DNA of 63,276 nt, the filler included, from Pseudobdellovibrionaceae bacterium (GTDB taxonomy: Bacteria; Bdellovibrionota; Bdellovibrionia; Bdellovibrionales; UBA1609), in assembly GCA_030591685.1 (NCBI GenBank). It is 7 parts of 7 records of this genome, joined end to end, with 100 filler letters (N's around TTAATTAATTAA, not from the genome) between each part and the next. Parts side by side here need not be neighbours in the genome. Positions count along the whole stretch, not along the records: positions 59,938 to 63,276 come from JAUVAX010000003.1; 6 more parts are not named here. One strand, written 5' to 3'. The notes under the pieces are model-generated. The model was not told the origin of the DNA and did no database searches. It worked only from the letters and a program-made list of their open reading frames with translations. Positions 60,445-63,276 of the stretch are shown piece after piece. The position numbers and the translations under genes are program-made. Numbering within the stretch: the stretch's first letter is position 1; every line of letters starts with the position of its first letter.

Positions 60445-61884
60445 GTGATTGATTCTCAGCAATTTTGGACAAAGGTTAAATCCAGCCTTAATGGAAAAAA
60501 TTCAAAAAATAAGCCCCTTCAAATGTGGTTTGAGCCGACAACGCTCCTTTCTATTGAACACCGTAACCACGGAAAGTGTTTTCGCATTGGTGTTCCGACG
60601 GAACTCCATAAATATTGGATATCAGAAAATCTATTCGACCGTATTTGTATCGAAATATCCGCTCTATATAATTACCCCTTTGAAATAGAAATGGTGGTCA
60701 CCGGAGAGAGTGCTGAAGGGTATGAAGAGCCCAAAGACTATCAGCCAGACCTCTTTCAATCCGCCCAGCAGCGCCAAATGAAAGGCCCTGAGAGCTCACA
60801 AAAAAATAGATCTAACCATGAGGCCAAGGCCGCAATCCAAGGTCACCAAAAGCGAGATACCCTTAACCCGGACTACACCTTTTCAACCTTTGTTGTGGGG
60901 CGAAATAATGAGTTTGCGCACGCCGCATCATTTAATATTGCCGATAACCCTGGGGCTGAAAATTATAACCCACTTTTTATTTGTGGACCCACTGGCATGG
61001 GGAAAACACATCTTTTAAATGCTGTTGGAAACCAAATTAAATGCTCTCATCCACACCTTCGCATACTATATATATCGGCCGAACGCTTTTTAAACGAGTG
61101 TATTTCTAATATTCGAAGAAACCAAATGGATAAGTTTCGTATGCGATTTAGGGAAAGTTGTGAAATTCTTTTAATGGATGATATCCAAATACTTGGTCGA
61201 GGAGAGGCCGTACAAGAAGAATTTTTCCACACACTCGATGATTTTCTTGAAAAGGGGCGACAAGTTGTTGTCGCCAGCGACAGAATGCCTAAGGATATTA
61301 AAGGTCTTGAAGAGCGTATTAGAACCCGTCTTGAATGGGGTTTAATTGCGGATATTCAAATGCCTGATATAGAAACTCGAGTGGCTATACTTAGATATAA
61401 AGCTGAAAGAAAAAAAATGCGTCTTTCAAGCGAGGTTATCAATCATATTGCTCGTATTTCAAAACGATCAATCCGTGAGCTTGAGGGTAATTTAAATAAA
61501 GTTAAAATGTTTTCTGAATTGCAAGGTTTAGAGATTAACTTACAGTTAGTTAAAAATGTGCTCTCGACTCATGATGATTCAATATCTATAACTGTCGAAG
61601 AAATACAAAAATTAGTTTCTCGACATTATGATGTTCGAATTAGTGATTTAAACTCTAAAATCCGTAGAAAACCGATTGTTACAGCAAGACAAGTGGGTAT
61701 GTATTTAATTAAAAAACATCTTGATAAATCTCTGGTTGAAATTGGTAGAGCCTTTGGTGGTCGCGATCACACCACAGTAATTAATGCGCTGCAAAGAATA
61801 AAGTCTCAACAGGCTGAAAACTTGGATTTAAAGAGAGATATCGAGGAGTTAGATGGTCGAATCCACAATATCACAGGGTTGTGA
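60445..61884 (+). CDS. dnaA: Chromosomal replication initiator DnaA
   Basis: YNPLFICGPTGMGKTHL, DDIQ, RELEG, GGRDHTTV. Confidence 0.98.
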   Translation: MIDSQQFWTKVKSSLNGKNSKNKPLQMWFEPTTLLSIEHRNHGKCFRIGVPTELHKYWISENLFDRICIEISALYNYPFEIEMVVTGESAEGYEEPKDYQPDLFQSAQQRQMKGPESSQKNRSNHEAKAAIQGHQKRDTLNPDYTFSTFVVGRNNEFAHAASFNIADNPGAENYNPLFICGPTGMGKTHLLNAVGNQIKCSHPHLRILYISAERFLNECISNIRRNQMDKFRMRFRESCEILLMDDIQILGRGEAVQEEFFHTLDDFLEKGRQVVVASDRMPKDIKGLEERIRTRLEWGLIADIQMPDIETRVAILRYKAERKKMRLSSEVINHIARISKRSIRELEGNLNKVKMFSELQGLEINLQLVKNVLSTHDDSISITVEEIQKLVSRHYDVRISDLNSKIRRKPIVTARQVGMYLIKKHLDKSLVEIGRAFGGRDHTTVINALQRIKSQQAENLDLKRDIEELDGRIHNITGL

Positions 61885-62107
61885 GTTGTGGATGTGGATA
61901 ACCGTATGTACAACCTTGTGAGCGAAATGGGGAAAGTGAGTTGTCAACATTTTAGCCGACTTAGCCCTTTACTTTTACGGTGGTTTATCCACGGGGTTTG
62001 TTTAGTAAATTTAACTAGTTAGGGGGAAATATCAGTTATCAACGCCCCTACTACTACTACTAGTTTAAATATATAATTATTAATAGATATATAAGGGGTA
62101 ATTTAAG
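61885..62107. promoter_or_regulatory. Replication origin oriC
   Basis: DnaA boxes TGTGGATAA (61893-61901), TTATCCACG (61985-61993), TTATCAACG (62036-62044), then GCCCC, (TAC)n DnaA-trios and an AT-rich stretch. Confidence 0.88.
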
Positions 62108-63229
62108 ATGAAAGTAAAAATAAATAAAAATAACTTTTCAACGATATTAGCGCGCTCACAAAACATCGTTGAAAAGCGAAATACAATGCCTGTTTTAGTA
62201 AATGTATTGTTAGAAGTTAAAGATAATTATTTAAAAATATTTTCAACAGACCTCGAAATAAGTTTAACAGATAATATACCCGTAGATGTTATTGAGCCCG
62301 GCAAGGTTGCTGTTAACGCAAAGAACTTATTTAATATTATCAAAGAACTTCCTGATGGGGATATCCTTCTGGAAAAGCAATCTAACAATTGGTTAAAGAT
62401 TTTAAAAGATAACTCCGAATTTAATATTGTTGGTATCAGTCCTGATGAATACCCAGTGTTTCCCACATACAACACTTCAAACTTTATGGTCTTAGATTCA
62501 AATTTCTTTTCTGAAATGATTGAAAAAACAATTTACAGTGTTTCTAATGATGAAACCAGATATCACTTAAATGGTGTTTACTTTGAGGTTAAGTCTGAGA
62601 AAAATAAAAATATAACTTACAGGATGGTAGCTACAGACGGACACAGACTTAGCCTTATAGACAGAAAAGGGGAAAAGTCTGTTGATAGCTTTAGTAACCA
62701 AGGTGTGATTATACCAAGAAAAGGTTTACATGAGCTTAGAAAGTTACTTGATGGTGTAGATGGAACTTTTGAAATGGCAATAGAAGGGTCTCAACTTATA
62801 ATTAAACATAATTCTACTATTTTAATGATTCGACTCATTGAGGGTAAGTACCCGAATTATAAACAGCTTATTCCACATAATTTAAAACAAAAAGTATTAA
62901 TGAACAGAGAGTTATTAGTGAACTCACTTAAAAGAGTATCACTTCTTTCAAATCAAAAATCTAAAGGTGTGACCTTTAAATTAACTAAGGGTAAAATAGA
63001 AGTTTCATCAAACAACCCAGAATTAGGCGATGCAAAAGAGCAACTGGATATAGATTATAGCGGTGATGAAATTAAAATTGGATTTAATGCTAAATATTTA
63101 TTAGATGTTCTTAACAGTATTGATGAAGAAAATATAAGTTTAGAGATAAATGATCAGTCCTCACCGGGGCTGATGAAACCAAGTAAAGACACAGACTACA
63201 CATGTGTTGTTATGCCAATGCGAATTTAA
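62108..63229 (+). CDS. dnaN: DNA polymerase III beta sliding clamp
   Basis: STDLEI, ETRYHLNG, VATDGHRL, RLIEGKYP, VVMPMRI. Confidence 0.98.
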   Translation: MKVKINKNNFSTILARSQNIVEKRNTMPVLVNVLLEVKDNYLKIFSTDLEISLTDNIPVDVIEPGKVAVNAKNLFNIIKELPDGDILLEKQSNNWLKILKDNSEFNIVGISPDEYPVFPTYNTSNFMVLDSNFFSEMIEKTIYSVSNDETRYHLNGVYFEVKSEKNKNITYRMVATDGHRLSLIDRKGEKSVDSFSNQGVIIPRKGLHELRKLLDGVDGTFEMAIEGSQLIIKHNSTILMIRLIEGKYPNYKQLIPHNLKQKVLMNRELLVNSLKRVSLLSNQKSKGVTFKLTKGKIEVSSNNPELGDAKEQLDIDYSGDEIKIGFNAKYLLDVLNSIDEENISLEINDQSSPGLMKPSKDTDYTCVVMPMRI

Positions 63230-63276
63230 TGCATATAGAAGAAATAAATTTATATAATTTTAGAAACTTTTCTAAA

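Noticed and set aside
1615..62475. Many 60-125 aa ORFs antisense or nested in long genes (e.g. 14375-14722, 35307-35645, 21156-21527)
   Set aside because: They lie within well-supported genes and show no recognisable motifs; treated as shadow ORFs.

Overview
AT-rich bacterial genome window, most likely from a member of Bdellovibrionota. The assignment is an inference from a TIGR02147-family protein, an FQNC-type lipoprotein, many secreted proteases and Cys-rich lipoproteins, and peptidoglycan-editing enzymes. It is a pseudo-scaffold of seven contigs joined by six artificial 100-nt linkers (N44-TTAATTAATTAA-N44), so adjacency across linkers is not guaranteed. Core content: rpsA-sppA-HIT-mce-rhomboid, fliL, purN, radD, lipB, a FabMG-type enoyl reductase, a PilMNO-like cluster, tRNA-Ser(GCU), tRNA-Val(GAC), and rnpA-rpmH-dnaA-oriC-dnaN at the right end. 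The most unusual signal is a structured, tRNA-derived repeat: a pseudo tRNA 3' half with a multi-hairpin insert in its T-loop. Two copies lie downstream of tRNA-Ser, bracketing a GNAT gene like a cassette, and a third copy with compensatory stem changes sits at a contig edge. Other leads: an RBS-occluding multi-stem leader, a GC-rich rod-like ncRNA candidate, a candidate operator for the TIGR02147 regulator, a stanniocalcin-like protein, an RHS-like gene split by an in-frame TAG, an HNH gene whose strong RBS is out of frame, and a gammaproteobacterial-style aroF-tyrA operon. No CRISPR array, integrase or transposase was seen. All calls are from reading the sequence by eye; no searches were run.
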